Shown here in pieces: positions 19,064 to 30,537 of a DNA stretch of 64,000 nt. Each line of letters begins with the position of its first letter. Positions within the stretch are counted from its first letter, which is position 1. The stretch is from Candidatus Bathyarchaeota archaeon (GTDB taxonomy: Archaea; Thermoproteota; Bathyarchaeia; 40CM-2-53-6; RBG-13-38-9). The position numbers were made by a program, and so were the translations under genes. The notes under the pieces are model-generated. The model was not told the origin of the DNA. It did no database searches and saw only the letters and a program-made list of their open reading frames with translations. The stretch lies in NCBI GenBank assembly GCA_963807605.1, contig CAWECG010000004.1:320001-384000 (forward strand), written 5' to 3'.

Positions 19064-20077
19064 TTGGCGAAGCCAAAAGTCTACGTAACCCGAGAGATAC
19101 CGCAAGTAGGGATAGACGTCTTAGAGTCTTACTGTGACATCGAAGTAAACCCTGAGGAGGCTCCGCCTACAAAAGAAGAATTGAAGAAGAGAGTCCAGGA
19201 TAAAGATGCGCTGTTATGTTTGGTAACTGATCGCATCGATAAGGAGATAATCACTGTAGGGTCACGACTCAAAGTCATCAGTTCAATGAGCGTCGGTTAC
19301 GAACACATAGACGTCGCAGAGGCCACTAAACGCGGAATCTATGTCACTTTTACACCCGGTGTCCTAACGGATGCCACGGCGGATTTCGCCTGGGCGCTAA
19401 TAATGGCCACAGCTAGACGAGTTGCCGAGGCTGACAAGTACGTTCGTGATGGGAAGTGGAAGATAGCTTGGGCACCCATGATGTTCTTGGGTTCAGAGAT
19501 CTATGGCAAAACCCTCGGAATATTGGGGCTCGGAAGAATCGGTTCGGGTGTAGCTGAGAGATCTAAAGGATTTCACATGAAACTGATATATTATGACACT
19601 ATTAGGGCGCCGACTCAAAGAGAGAAAGAGCTCGGAATTCAGTACATGACACTTGAGGAAGTTCTCAGACAGGCTGATTTCGTGAGTGTTCACGTGTCCT
19701 ACTTGCCAACTACTCATCACCTTATTGGCAAAGAACAAATTAGAATGATGAAGCCAACCGCCCACTTGATAAACACTTCAAGAGGTCCTGTTGTTGATGA
19801 TGAGGCTTTAGCTGTCGCCCTGCGAGAAGGGTGGATCGCGGGAGCTGGGTTAGATGTTTTTGAGGAGGAACCTGTATCTTCAAAAAGTCCACTCTTGGAG
19901 CTTGAGAGTATCGTGCTTGCGCCTCACATCGCAAGCGCCACTCGAGAATCCAGATACGGCATGGCTAGAATCGCAGCAGAAAACCTAATCTCGGTGCTAA
20001 AGGGAGATGCCCCCGGCCACCTTGTCAACCCTGAAGTTATGGCTGTGAAACCACTCTCGCATACGAAGATCCTTTGA
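19064..20077 (+). CDS. gyaR: Glyoxylate/hydroxypyruvate reductase (D-2-hydroxyacid dehydrogenase)
   Basis: GLGRIG, INTSRGPVVD, GLDVFEEEP and PHIASAT motifs. Confidence 0.9.
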   Translation: MAKPKVYVTREIPQVGIDVLESYCDIEVNPEEAPPTKEELKKRVQDKDALLCLVTDRIDKEIITVGSRLKVISSMSVGYEHIDVAEATKRGIYVTFTPGVLTDATADFAWALIMATARRVAEADKYVRDGKWKIAWAPMMFLGSEIYGKTLGILGLGRIGSGVAERSKGFHMKLIYYDTIRAPTQREKELGIQYMTLEEVLRQADFVSVHVSYLPTTHHLIGKEQIRMMKPTAHLINTSRGPVVDDEALAVALREGWIAGAGLDVFEEEPVSSKSPLLELESIVLAPHIASATRESRYGMARIAAENLISVLKGDAPGHLVNPEVMAVKPLSHTKIL

Positions 20078-20097
20078 AGGCAGACATTGGATGAACT

Positions 20098-21480
20098 ATG
20101 TCTCCCATTACTAACAAGGAGGTGCTCCTGCAAAACGCAAGGACACCTGCAGACCGAACAGCGAGAGAGGCTGTTCTGGAAGCGCTCGAAGCAGCTTTAC
20201 TCTCGATCTCTCCTTACCAGTTGATTATTGATCATGTCAAGGTAAAAGACTCTAGAATTGTCATAGACTCCGAGCAATTTGTTTTAGGTCATTTTAAGCG
20301 CGTAATTGTCCTTGGCGGAGGCAAAGCCAGTGGTTCTATGGCGGAGGCTCTTCAGCATCTGCTTAGTAATCACATAACTACAGGATTGATCAACATATTC
20401 TCAGGAACCTCGGCCAGGTATAGAACGAACAAGATAGCCCTGAATGAAGCCGGGCACCCGATCCCTGATGCTCATGGACTGGAAGGGACAAAACGAATGT
20501 TAGAGCTTGCAGAGAGCGCCGATGAAGACGACTTGGTGATTTGCCTGATCTCGGGCGGAGGCTCGGCCATGATGACACTGCCCAGAGAAGGATTGACTCT
20601 GGAAGACAAGCAGATGGTCACGAGATTGTTGCTGCGAAGCGGCGCCGATATCGCCGAGATGAATACTGTCCGAAAACATCTGTCAGAGTTCAAAGGGGGT
20701 TGGCTTGCCAAGAAGGCTCAACCCGCTACTGTTCTCAGCCTCATACTCTCTGATGTTGTTGGCGATCCACTGGATTCGATAGCTTCAGGGCCAACCGCTC
20801 CTGATCCAACAACTTTCCGCGATGCAATAGATATCCTTGAGAAATACAAGCTTTGGAACGAAGTCCCGAGCAAAGTTCGAGATATTCTCAAGATGGGTGA
20901 TGGTGGACTTCTTCCAGAAACACCCAAACCCAACGATCCAGCATTCAATACGGTCCATAACGTTATCATAGGAAGCAATAAAATGGCGTGCCTTGCAGCC
21001 AAAACTAAACTAAGCGAGATGGGATTCAACACGAATCTATTGACCTCGCATCTGCAGGGGGAAGCAAGAGAGGCCGGAATCTTCCTAGCCTCTATTGCAA
21101 GTGAGATTTTGAGTTCGGGAAATCCACTTCCACGCCCAGCAGCAATCGTTGTTGGAGGAGAGACAACGGTTACGGTGAAAGGGAATGGCATAGGCGGACG
21201 CAACCAAGAGCTGGTACTCAGTGCGGCGACCAAGATCAATGGCAAGAAAGGATTGAGCATCGGGGCGATAGGGACTGACGGTATAGACGGACCAACCGAG
21301 GCTGCAGGAGCCATAGTCGACGGTAAGACGTTGATAAGAGGCACAGAAATGGGACTCGACTACAAGAAGGCCCTCAGCAATAACGATTCGCACACCTATC
21401 TTTCAAAACTTCATGATCTTGTAATAACCGGTCCTACAGGCTCAAACGTTAATGACCTTACAATATTATGTGTAACATGA
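20098..21480 (+). CDS. Glycerate 2-kinase (MOFRL family)
   Basis: GKA, HPIP, LISGGGSA, SDVVGD..IASGP, GGETTV, GGRNQE, TDGIDG and TGSNVND motifs. Confidence 0.93.
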   Translation: MSPITNKEVLLQNARTPADRTAREAVLEALEAALLSISPYQLIIDHVKVKDSRIVIDSEQFVLGHFKRVIVLGGGKASGSMAEALQHLLSNHITTGLINIFSGTSARYRTNKIALNEAGHPIPDAHGLEGTKRMLELAESADEDDLVICLISGGGSAMMTLPREGLTLEDKQMVTRLLLRSGADIAEMNTVRKHLSEFKGGWLAKKAQPATVLSLILSDVVGDPLDSIASGPTAPDPTTFRDAIDILEKYKLWNEVPSKVRDILKMGDGGLLPETPKPNDPAFNTVHNVIIGSNKMACLAAKTKLSEMGFNTNLLTSHLQGEAREAGIFLASIASEILSSGNPLPRPAAIVVGGETTVTVKGNGIGGRNQELVLSAATKINGKKGLSIGAIGTDGIDGPTEAAGAIVDGKTLIRGTEMGLDYKKALSNNDSHTYLSKLHDLVITGPTGSNVNDLTILCVT

Positions 21481-21489
21481 TGTGAGGTC

Positions 21490-22566
21490 ATGCGCAGTTC
21501 ACGACAAGAGAATGACATATCAGAGCCTGACATTGTCGTTCTGCACGATTTCGTCCTTGACCATTATGTCACATTCAGGCATTCACTGGATGACGTATTC
21601 TCACAATTCGCCCAGGTGGCGAGCCGTGGCGGAGGAAATATTGTCATAAACCAATACCTTTCCAGAGGTGGCAAAGCGTCTAACCTAGCGGCGGCCCTTG
21701 CGCGGCTTGGAGCTCATTCACATCTAATAGCAAGAACCAGCAAATTCGGCCACTCACTCGCTAAGATGTACCTGGAATCTGTTGGTGTGGACATATCCTC
21801 TGTTAGGGAAGACGGAAGATTAGCTCTTACCGTCTCACTAGAGATGAAACAGAAGGAAAGATCCACCAACATAATGCTCAGCGATCCCGGTTCAAATGGA
21901 GATTTTGGATTTTCCAATATTGGGAAGAACGAGCTACGAATATTGAGCAAAGCTGACGCGGTCGTCCTTGCGGATTGGGCGCTGAACTCAAAAGGAACGG
22001 ACTTGGCTAAGGGGATCTTCGACTACGTGGGCAGATCGAAGCCGTTGTACATCGATCCTGGCGATGTGTCGAGAAGAGCCAAAGATGTCAAAGGGCTTCT
22101 CAATGACGTTCTCAGAAAAGGTTATGGAATCCTGAGCCTTAACGAAAGTGAAGCTCTTTACCTAGCAAAATACGGTTTGAAGAGGAGTCCGACAAGGACA
22201 ACAGCCCCACCGGAAATCCTAGGGGTGAAAGCTGCAAAGACCATTTCTTCAGAATTCGGTATCAGAGTTGATCTGCATACTCAATTGTTCTCTGCGACGA
22301 TTAAAGACGATCATTTCGTCGCGGCCCCCACATATCGTGTCAACGTGAGAAGAGTGACTGGAGCGGGAGACGCATGGAATGCTGGAAATGTCTATGCAGA
22401 GCATATGCGCCTCTCCGACAAGAGACGTCTTGAATTCGCGAACGCCCTAGCCGCTTACTACATATCAAGCTCAACGGCGGAGCATCCAACTAGACAAGAT
22501 GTGAAGAGAATAATCAGTGCCTGGAGAGGCCGGAAAAGAAGCCTGGCACAACTGACCCTGAACTAG
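21490..22566 (+). CDS. PfkB-family carbohydrate kinase
   Basis: GGKASN, LNESEA and TGAGDAWNAG motifs. Confidence 0.88.
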   Translation: MRSSRQENDISEPDIVVLHDFVLDHYVTFRHSLDDVFSQFAQVASRGGGNIVINQYLSRGGKASNLAAALARLGAHSHLIARTSKFGHSLAKMYLESVGVDISSVREDGRLALTVSLEMKQKERSTNIMLSDPGSNGDFGFSNIGKNELRILSKADAVVLADWALNSKGTDLAKGIFDYVGRSKPLYIDPGDVSRRAKDVKGLLNDVLRKGYGILSLNESEALYLAKYGLKRSPTRTTAPPEILGVKAAKTISSEFGIRVDLHTQLFSATIKDDHFVAAPTYRVNVRRVTGAGDAWNAGNVYAEHMRLSDKRRLEFANALAAYYISSSTAEHPTRQDVKRIISAWRGRKRSLAQLTLN

Positions 22567-22617
22567 ACCTTAGAGGCTTGACTTCAAAGCTACTACGAGT
22601 TATTGATTCACGTTGTC

Positions 22618-23656
<1,039 letters not shown>

Positions 23657-23684
23657 TCAGACCAGTATGCTTAGTCGTAATGGT

Positions 23685-24800
23685 CTATTCTGCCTTTTGG
23701 AACCTATCCTTCAGTTTATCCAAGACCCCCGTGAGAGTGGTGTATTCCATCTCCTCGGGGCCGAGCCTATGTGGGACGAAAGGCCCGTGTAGTCTCAAGA
23801 AATCAGCCAAATCGTTAGCTTTAGCTCGAGCGTTGTCAAACGCGGGGTCATTGAAAAGATCTGCAGGACCGATCAGGGTAGCGTTGGATACTTGAAAGCC
23901 TAGGGCAACGACTCTTGGTGGCCCATCGAACCTCGTGCATTTGTTCTGCGTTTCTGCGACGCTCACTGGCATCAGGGGACCGTTATGTGACCCGCGCATC
24001 CAACCTGAAACTAGGTGCGGGGTTGCGAACGGTTCTATGACTTCTCCAACCGCTGGAAGCCCATTTTGAGCTCTCACTATGCAGACAGGGTCGTCCTTTC
24101 CAACGTATCTTCCAGCGATCAATGACAGCTTTGTCGTACTCGCAGCGGCTGCAGGGAGTCCATCATGACGTAGGATCTTGGAAATTACGTACCTGTTGGT
24201 ATCGCCGATCAGGGCCAAGAGGTCGTAAATCTCTTCAGGACACTTCAACTTTACAGACAAACCTTCGTGAACATCCAAGATTTCGAAAACAAATCCTTTG
24301 TGAAGCGCGGGATCAATTATCAGTCCGGCTGTGTTGAAAGGGTCTGCAAATATCTTATAGAGTGGTAAATTCCAAGCGCCGGGTGCAGTCTTGTCAGCGA
24401 GGAAGATCACTACCGGGTCGCTGATCCTTTCTTCAAACTCCAATTCGGCAACCCCTGGCCCCATGCCCTTTACGTTGCCGGAAAACGCATCCGAAAGGAG
24501 GTCCTGTCCTGCAGCATAGAGTTTGAGTGGCTTGGAGACTTTCTCAGTAACTTCCTTGAACGTGTTCCAGGCCAATTCGTGTATTTTCTTATTGTTTTCG
24601 CCATTGCGGTGGGTCATTATGAGCTCCAAATCGTCTCCACAATGAGTAACATGAAAATCCACTATCAAGGCCTCTTTGCGTGCTCGTTCAAGATTCTGCC
24701 TGGCGAAATCCAACTGTTTAGGATGGACTATGTGATGTCCAACCAGCGAGCCAACATCGGCCTTGATTACGGATACCGTTGTCGTATTCTTCGAAGCCAC
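23685..24800 (-). CDS. fbp: Fructose-1,6-bisphosphate aldolase/phosphatase (class V)
   Basis: IKADVG, YAAGQDLL, GRYVGKDDP, GWMRGSH and MEYTT motifs. Confidence 0.95.
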   Translation of the reverse strand: MASKNTTTVSVIKADVGSLVGHHIVHPKQLDFARQNLERARKEALIVDFHVTHCGDDLELIMTHRNGENNKKIHELAWNTFKEVTEKVSKPLKLYAAGQDLLSDAFSGNVKGMGPGVAELEFEERISDPVVIFLADKTAPGAWNLPLYKIFADPFNTAGLIIDPALHKGFVFEILDVHEGLSVKLKCPEEIYDLLALIGDTNRYVISKILRHDGLPAAAASTTKLSLIAGRYVGKDDPVCIVRAQNGLPAVGEVIEPFATPHLVSGWMRGSHNGPLMPVSVAETQNKCTRFDGPPRVVALGFQVSNATLIGPADLFNDPAFDNARAKANDLADFLRLHGPFVPHRLGPEEMEYTTLTGVLDKLKDRFQKAE

Positions 24801-25013
24801 TGCTTAAACCCTCAATTGTTTCAGATTCTATGCTTTAAGAGTCTGATGTAGATTATTTCCGAGCTTCTTAACCTTTTGACGTAATATCCTCAGTCAATCT
24901 TATTTGGCAGTATGTAATATTATGTCAAACCCTGTAGTACCGTCGATATTCGTTCTTATCGAGGTTAGGAATCTGGACAGATACAACCAGTTATCGTTGA
25001 ACAGTGATAATTA

Positions 25014-25706
25014 ATGTCGGCCAAGACGAAGGTAACCTTTCCCCTTATCTTAGTAAACCTCAAGTCATACTTGGAATCATCTGGACGCAAGGCAGTAGAG
25101 CTAGCCAAAGTCGCTGAAACGGTAACAGAAGATACTGGTGTATGTATCGGATTAGCCCCGCAGTTTGTAGACATCCGTTTGATTTCCAAGTTCAAGATAC
25201 CCGTCTTCTCTCAACATATTGATCCGATCCTTCCAGGACCCTTTACCGGGCATGTCCTTCCAGAATCGGTTGCAGATGCTGGTGCCGTTGGTGCCATCGT
25301 GAACCATTCCGAACGACGGCTTGAACTTTCAGATCTGGAGGCTGTCCTCGAAAGGGCGAAGTCGGTCAGATTGATCTCTGTCGTCTGTGCAAATTCTCGT
25401 AAGGTCGGGATGGCTGCAGCCTTACTAGCCCCTGAGATCATTGCCATCGAGCCGCCTGAACTGATAGGGACGGGAATAGCCGTGTCCAAGGCGAAGCCTG
25501 AGATTGTTAGCGATTCTGTTGAATCGATAAGAAAAGTAAACCAGCATGCGGTGGTGCTCTGTGGCGCTGGCATATCCTCCGGAGAGGATGTTTCTGCTGC
25601 AATAAGACTAGGCAGCAGAGGGGTTCTTGTGGCAAGCGGGGTCGTCAGGGCATCTAAATGGGAGAAAGTCCTTCTCGAACTTGCCGAAGCCTCCGTCAGA
25701 GTCTAA
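25014..25706 (+). CDS. tpiA: Triosephosphate isomerase (archaeal type)
   Basis: NLK, NHSERR, EPPELIGTG, CGAGI and GVLVASG motifs. Confidence 0.95.
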   Translation: MSAKTKVTFPLILVNLKSYLESSGRKAVELAKVAETVTEDTGVCIGLAPQFVDIRLISKFKIPVFSQHIDPILPGPFTGHVLPESVADAGAVGAIVNHSERRLELSDLEAVLERAKSVRLISVVCANSRKVGMAAALLAPEIIAIEPPELIGTGIAVSKAKPEIVSDSVESIRKVNQHAVVLCGAGISSGEDVSAAIRLGSRGVLVASGVVRASKWEKVLLELAEASVRV

Positions 25707-25723
25707 GGAAGTGTACTGGGTTT

Positions 25724-26632
25724 TTGAAGATACGGTTTGAATGCGCAAGCTGTCTGATAAACAGGGCATCTGTTGAAGCGGCGAAGGCTTCTACAGATCC
25801 CGCTATACGGCTCAAAACGCTTCTGGAAACTCTTAGCGCAATCGGTTGCAACGTCAGCTCTAACGTCTCCCCGGCATACCTCGGCACTATCCGAGACAGA
25901 ACAATAAAGAGGGTCTCGCAGAATCCTGACCCCTTCAGGACCGACAAGATTGCAAGTAATGAGAAGGGGCTCAAGTTCATCCCCCAGGCCAAGAACTATG
26001 TTTTCGAAGCGTCGGATGAATCGGCCAAATTCAGAAGGGCTTGTCTAGTCTCGATAGTCGGAAATGCGTTCGAATTCGGCATCAAAGGATATGACTTCAA
26101 GTATGATGATCTTCCACACTGGATCGAAACAGCCGAAAATGATGTCGCGATAGATCACATAGATCGGATTGAGTCAATAGCCAAGACTGCAAAAAAAGTC
26201 CTCCTGCTAACGGATAATGCTGGAGAGATAGCCTTTGACAAGCTGCTCGTGGAACAGCTCCGACAAATGGGTTCCTTTGTGACAGTTGCCGTGAAAGCTT
26301 CACCGATAAGCAATGACGCCACGATGGATGACGCCGTCATGGTCGGCATGACGGAATTAGCTGACGAGGTGATCACAACGGGTACCGATACTGTAGGTTT
26401 ACTCTTGGAAGAATGCGATAGCCAATTCCTTGCGAAATACGCCGAGTCTGAATTGATAATTGCCAAAGGCATGGCGCACTATGAGACGCTCTTCGAACAC
26501 AAGTTGGCTCAACCTCATGCTTTGCTGTTCAGAGTAAAATGCCCATCGATAGCCGAAGATCTAGGTGTGAAGCTGGGTAAGAACGTTGCCTATTTAGTTG
26601 AACCAACAAACCCTCGAAACTCAAAACTGTGA
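25724..26632 (+). CDS. DUF89/ARMT1 damage-control phosphatase
   Basis: ECASC, DNAGEIAFD, NDAT and AKGMAHYE motifs. Confidence 0.88.
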   Translation: MKIRFECASCLINRASVEAAKASTDPAIRLKTLLETLSAIGCNVSSNVSPAYLGTIRDRTIKRVSQNPDPFRTDKIASNEKGLKFIPQAKNYVFEASDESAKFRRACLVSIVGNAFEFGIKGYDFKYDDLPHWIETAENDVAIDHIDRIESIAKTAKKVLLLTDNAGEIAFDKLLVEQLRQMGSFVTVAVKASPISNDATMDDAVMVGMTELADEVITTGTDTVGLLLEECDSQFLAKYAESELIIAKGMAHYETLFEHKLAQPHALLFRVKCPSIAEDLGVKLGKNVAYLVEPTNPRNSKL

Positions 26633-26688
26633 AATGCGAACTCAGGGTAGAAGATTAATAAGAAACTGAGCAAACATCAGATAAGAGA

Positions 26689-27012
26689 GTGTACAAGATG
26701 GCGCTTGTCGGCCCGTGGGAGGTCGCTCTGGTCCTGGCGATAGTTCTCATACTATTCGGTCCAAAGAAGTTGCCGGAACTCGCAAAATCCCTCGGCGATG
26801 CTATAAAGCAGTACCGTCAAGCCTCCGAAGGTGTGCTCCCAAGTGCTGTTCCTCAGCCAACTCAATCGGTGCCACCGGTCCAGTATAAAGCAAGAGAGAC
26901 AGACTTGTTGATCGAGACAGCAAAGAAGCTTGGTATACAGACCGAAGGCAAGACGATGGATCAGATATCCAAAGAAATTACGGAACTTGCATCGTCTAAG
27001 AAGGCAAGCTGA
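26689..27012 (+). CDS. tatA: Twin-arginine translocase TatA
   Basis: TM helix followed by FGPKKLPELAKSLG. Confidence 0.92.
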   Translation: MYKMALVGPWEVALVLAIVLILFGPKKLPELAKSLGDAIKQYRQASEGVLPSAVPQPTQSVPPVQYKARETDLLIETAKKLGIQTEGKTMDQISKEITELASSKKAS

Positions 27013-27055
27013 GACTCCTAAAGCCATTAGTGATATTCTCTGGAATCAAGGATCT

Positions 27056-27685
27056 ATGGTAGGAGCAATTGTTCTAGCCGGTGGCTTAAGCTCCAGATAT
27101 GGTAAGAACAAAGCGCTAATTGAGCTGAAGGGAAAGCCACTAGTCAGATACGTCGTTGATGCTTGCCAGACTGTAGCTAGAAGAATAATCATTGTCATTG
27201 GCAAAGATAATGACCCACAATCCTACATGTGCGTCCTACCTCCAAATGTTGAGTTAATTAGCGAACGAGAGCGACGTAATAATCCGCTCAATGGGATAGC
27301 AGCCGGCATCGAAGAACTGGATACAACTTACACTCTTGTTCTAGCGTGCGATATGCCGTTTATCAAGAGCAAGATACTGGAGTTGCTTTTGGCGAGAGCA
27401 ACTGGCTTTGACGCGACAGTGCCGATATGGCCAAATGGATACCTAGAGCCTCTTCACTCAGTTTACAGTGTAGAAGCCATTAGGCGCGTGTTGCCATCAA
27501 TCCTTCAAAACAAGAACTCAAGAGTATCAGATTTGATACACTCATTTGACACTAGATACGTTGAAACAGAAGAGATTAGAAAGTATGATCCTCATTTGAC
27601 GTGCTTCTTCAACGTAAACGACTTCGAAGGCCTCAAGATCGCTCAGAGCATGCTGGAATTCCTGACAACATCAATAAGAATATAG
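27056..27685 (+). CDS. mobA: Molybdenum cofactor guanylyltransferase
   Basis: LAGGLSSRYGKNKA, ACDMPF, EPLHSVY and FFNVN motifs. Confidence 0.88.
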   Translation: MVGAIVLAGGLSSRYGKNKALIELKGKPLVRYVVDACQTVARRIIIVIGKDNDPQSYMCVLPPNVELISERERRNNPLNGIAAGIEELDTTYTLVLACDMPFIKSKILELLLARATGFDATVPIWPNGYLEPLHSVYSVEAIRRVLPSILQNKNSRVSDLIHSFDTRYVETEEIRKYDPHLTCFFNVNDFEGLKIAQSMLEFLTTSIRI

Positions 27686-27988
27686 GAGATTCTCACCTCC
27701 AAAAGAAATACAAAAAATCTGGGGGCCTATCCATCGCTACTGATAGAGAAAAGGATGGGTTCTGGGAACATTTGGATGAGTCGCTTAGTCAACAGAGTGA
27801 TTATTAACACCGTTTTGGATAGTGCACGCTTGATGGTTTCTGGCCCGTAGTTAGCGCGACCTGTACACCAATAACCGCTATAATACAGTGATACCATTCA
27901 TAGTGATTGTTGAGGGTGCTGTGTTGGCCGCAAAGGAAATTGAAAGAACCAGGGCGGAAGCGCCAAGGTAAGCCAAGTCTTTCTAAAG

Positions 27989-29518
27989 GTGCACACCGAC
28001 TTGACCGATTCTGCAGTAAGGATGGTTCGCGGTGCATCCTTTCTAGTCTTCGACACCTCCTTCAGCGCCATGATTGGCATAGTAGCTTTTGCTCTAATTA
28101 GCCGACTAATTACCAAGATCGATATGGGCGTAATGACTGTCCTTCTCATGTTGACGAGCACATGCCAGCTGGTTTCTACCCTTGGTTTACCGAGTGCATC
28201 AACAAAGTTCATCGCTGAATCCTTGGGACGAGAGGATACGAATACCGCCTCCGCTGTTACATCTCAGATCTTGAAGGTCAACTTTGCGACAGCTGCTTTC
28301 ATGTCCGTGTTATGCTTTGGCCTCTCAGAAGCCCTATCAAAATTACTCCTCGGCACTACTCAATACAGACTCATCTTCCAAGTCTTAGCTGTGAATATTT
28401 TTTTCACAAGTCTTCTTCTTGGGCTCACTGGAATGCTGCTAGGCCTAAAGCGTCTAAGAGCTCTTGCGGTCTTCGATTGCACCAGTTTTTTACTCCAGCA
28501 AGCCTTGGTGGTGGCGCTTCTGCTCTCACGCATGGGCCTGCTCGGAGTGGTCATTGGATGGACAATTGCGAACATGTTTAACTGTGCAGTCTACCTCTGG
28601 GTCATAGCGCAGTCTGTGCACCTTTCAATTGCGGGTCGATTCGACCTGAAGGCGCTTTTGAAATACTCCTGGCCCCTTTACCCGGTGGCCTTTGTGAGTC
28701 TGATCGATAACTGGTTTGATAGAGTGCTCCTATTAGGTTACCCTCTAAGCGACCTAGGCGCATACAACGTAGCGTTCAAGGCCTTCGGCTACGCATATGC
28801 TGTACCAATCGCGATAGCCGACGGTTTCTTTCCACACTTTTCGGAGCTGACCAGTCGAGAAGGTCTTGACAGACTATCCACAACGTTGACCTCAACATCG
28901 AGGTACCTCGTGTTAGTGGCTACTCCCATTGCGCTCGAACTGGCGACGATGGCAACTCCCCTGATATCTCTATTTGCAGGGAAGATCTACGCTTCTGCCG
29001 GTCAGTATTTGACAGTCCTGTGCATCGCCGCCGCGATATCAGTCTTCGGGCTTATGCTTGGAAAGGTCTTGCTCGTTCTTAATGAAACAAGACTCTACGC
29101 AATAATAGTTCTAAGCACAGTCCTCATTGGCTTGGGACTTGGCAAGGCACTTGTCCCCTTTTTCGGTCCATTGGGAGCTTCCTTTGCAAGAGCTACCGCA
29201 ATGATTCTGACTCTGATATTCATGGTGGGTGCTACAAGGAGAAAACTGCGTTTAAGAATAGACACTCAAGCACTATGGAAAAGCTGGCTAGCTGGACTAA
29301 TTATGGCGGGTGTCTTGATCGTAGTTCAGTTGATTGCAAAGAGCGCCGTGTTGATCCCCATTTATGTCGTATTGGGAATGCTGGTTTACATGCTTTCGCT
29401 CAGGATGCTGCGTGCTGTCGTTGACAGAGACCTTGAGTTCTTGAAGCGTTTTCTCGGAAACAGAATTGGCAGTCCGGTTAGCAGGTTATTGAAGGCAGTG
29501 TTAATACCGCGGAACTGA
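27989..29518 (+). CDS. Oligosaccharide flippase (Wzx/MOP family)
   Basis: About 14 TM helices; DRVLL..LGAYNVA pattern. Confidence 0.85.
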   Translation: MHTDLTDSAVRMVRGASFLVFDTSFSAMIGIVAFALISRLITKIDMGVMTVLLMLTSTCQLVSTLGLPSASTKFIAESLGREDTNTASAVTSQILKVNFATAAFMSVLCFGLSEALSKLLLGTTQYRLIFQVLAVNIFFTSLLLGLTGMLLGLKRLRALAVFDCTSFLLQQALVVALLLSRMGLLGVVIGWTIANMFNCAVYLWVIAQSVHLSIAGRFDLKALLKYSWPLYPVAFVSLIDNWFDRVLLLGYPLSDLGAYNVAFKAFGYAYAVPIAIADGFFPHFSELTSREGLDRLSTTLTSTSRYLVLVATPIALELATMATPLISLFAGKIYASAGQYLTVLCIAAAISVFGLMLGKVLLVLNETRLYAIIVLSTVLIGLGLGKALVPFFGPLGASFARATAMILTLIFMVGATRRKLRLRIDTQALWKSWLAGLIMAGVLIVVQLIAKSAVLIPIYVVLGMLVYMLSLRMLRAVVDRDLEFLKRFLGNRIGSPVSRLLKAVLIPRN

Positions 29519-29561
29519 GCCTGTTATCCGTTGAACTGGCGCTGAGAGGCTTAGTGAACTC

Positions 29562-30512
29562 TTGAGAATAAAAAAGGCAGTAGTAGGCAGTTTTCCAATA
29601 CTACCTCTTGCGGCTGAGGAGGCCATCAGGAGCATTATTGATGCTCAACTTAAGATTGGAATGGACATCGTCTCCGACGGCGAACAACGTGCTGACATGA
29701 TCAACTACTTTGAACAGATCCCGGGACTTGCTCGAGGCCCTAAAGGATTGATGGTTAACTCCAAGATCATCCCACCTGAAAATCCGCCAGACTTCATCAA
29801 GGTAAGAGATTTTCTATTCGCCAAGAGCCACTTGAGGGAAAAGAGTAGAGATAACGTCACTCTCAAGACAGCTATCACCGGCCCAATCACGCTGGGCGTA
29901 ACCTGTGCAACGGCAGGTTTGAGGCACTACTCAGGGCTTAATGACACCCGGCTGTATAGTGACCTATCCGGCGCCCTCGAACAAATCATAGTGGAACTTC
30001 TCAATCTTGGTTCTTTCGTTCAGCTGGATGAACCAGGCCTCTCTGCAGGGTACATGGCACCATCGAAGGCATTACCAATCCTTGAGGACCTATTCCGCCG
30101 TCTAAGAAACGCAAGAAAGATGCCGGGAACGCTAGGCATTCATATATGCGGCAGCTTGGAAAGGGTGCCTAAACTTCTGGAAGGACTGCTTGAACTTGAA
30201 CTCGATGTTATAAGTTTGGCGTTTAGTGGAACCAGCGAAAAACAAAACATCAATCTGCTCTCTGAATCTCTTTTCGAAAAAAGCGAAAAGCGTCTCGGGA
30301 TAGGCTGCATCGCAGTTTCAACATTGCAGAAGGAACAAGTTGAGAATGCTGAAAAAGTCTATCAAAGGATTAGAATGGTCGTCGATAGAGTAGGTAAGGA
30401 GAATGTTGCATATGCTCATCCAGACTGCGGATTGAAAGGTACACCCTTCGAGGTTTCAGAGCTCATACTACGCAACTTGTCTGGAGCCGTGGATCGATAC
30501 AATTCAACCTAG
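29562..30512 (+). CDS. Single-domain MetE-like methionine synthase
   Basis: VVGSFP, SDGEQR, ITGPITL, QLDEP, HIC and PDCGL motifs. Confidence 0.85.
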   Translation: MRIKKAVVGSFPILPLAAEEAIRSIIDAQLKIGMDIVSDGEQRADMINYFEQIPGLARGPKGLMVNSKIIPPENPPDFIKVRDFLFAKSHLREKSRDNVTLKTAITGPITLGVTCATAGLRHYSGLNDTRLYSDLSGALEQIIVELLNLGSFVQLDEPGLSAGYMAPSKALPILEDLFRRLRNARKMPGTLGIHICGSLERVPKLLEGLLELELDVISLAFSGTSEKQNINLLSESLFEKSEKRLGIGCIAVSTLQKEQVENAEKVYQRIRMVVDRVGKENVAYAHPDCGLKGTPFEVSELILRNLSGAVDRYNST

Positions 30513-30537
30513 TCAGTTTGGTCTGTTTCGTCAGACT

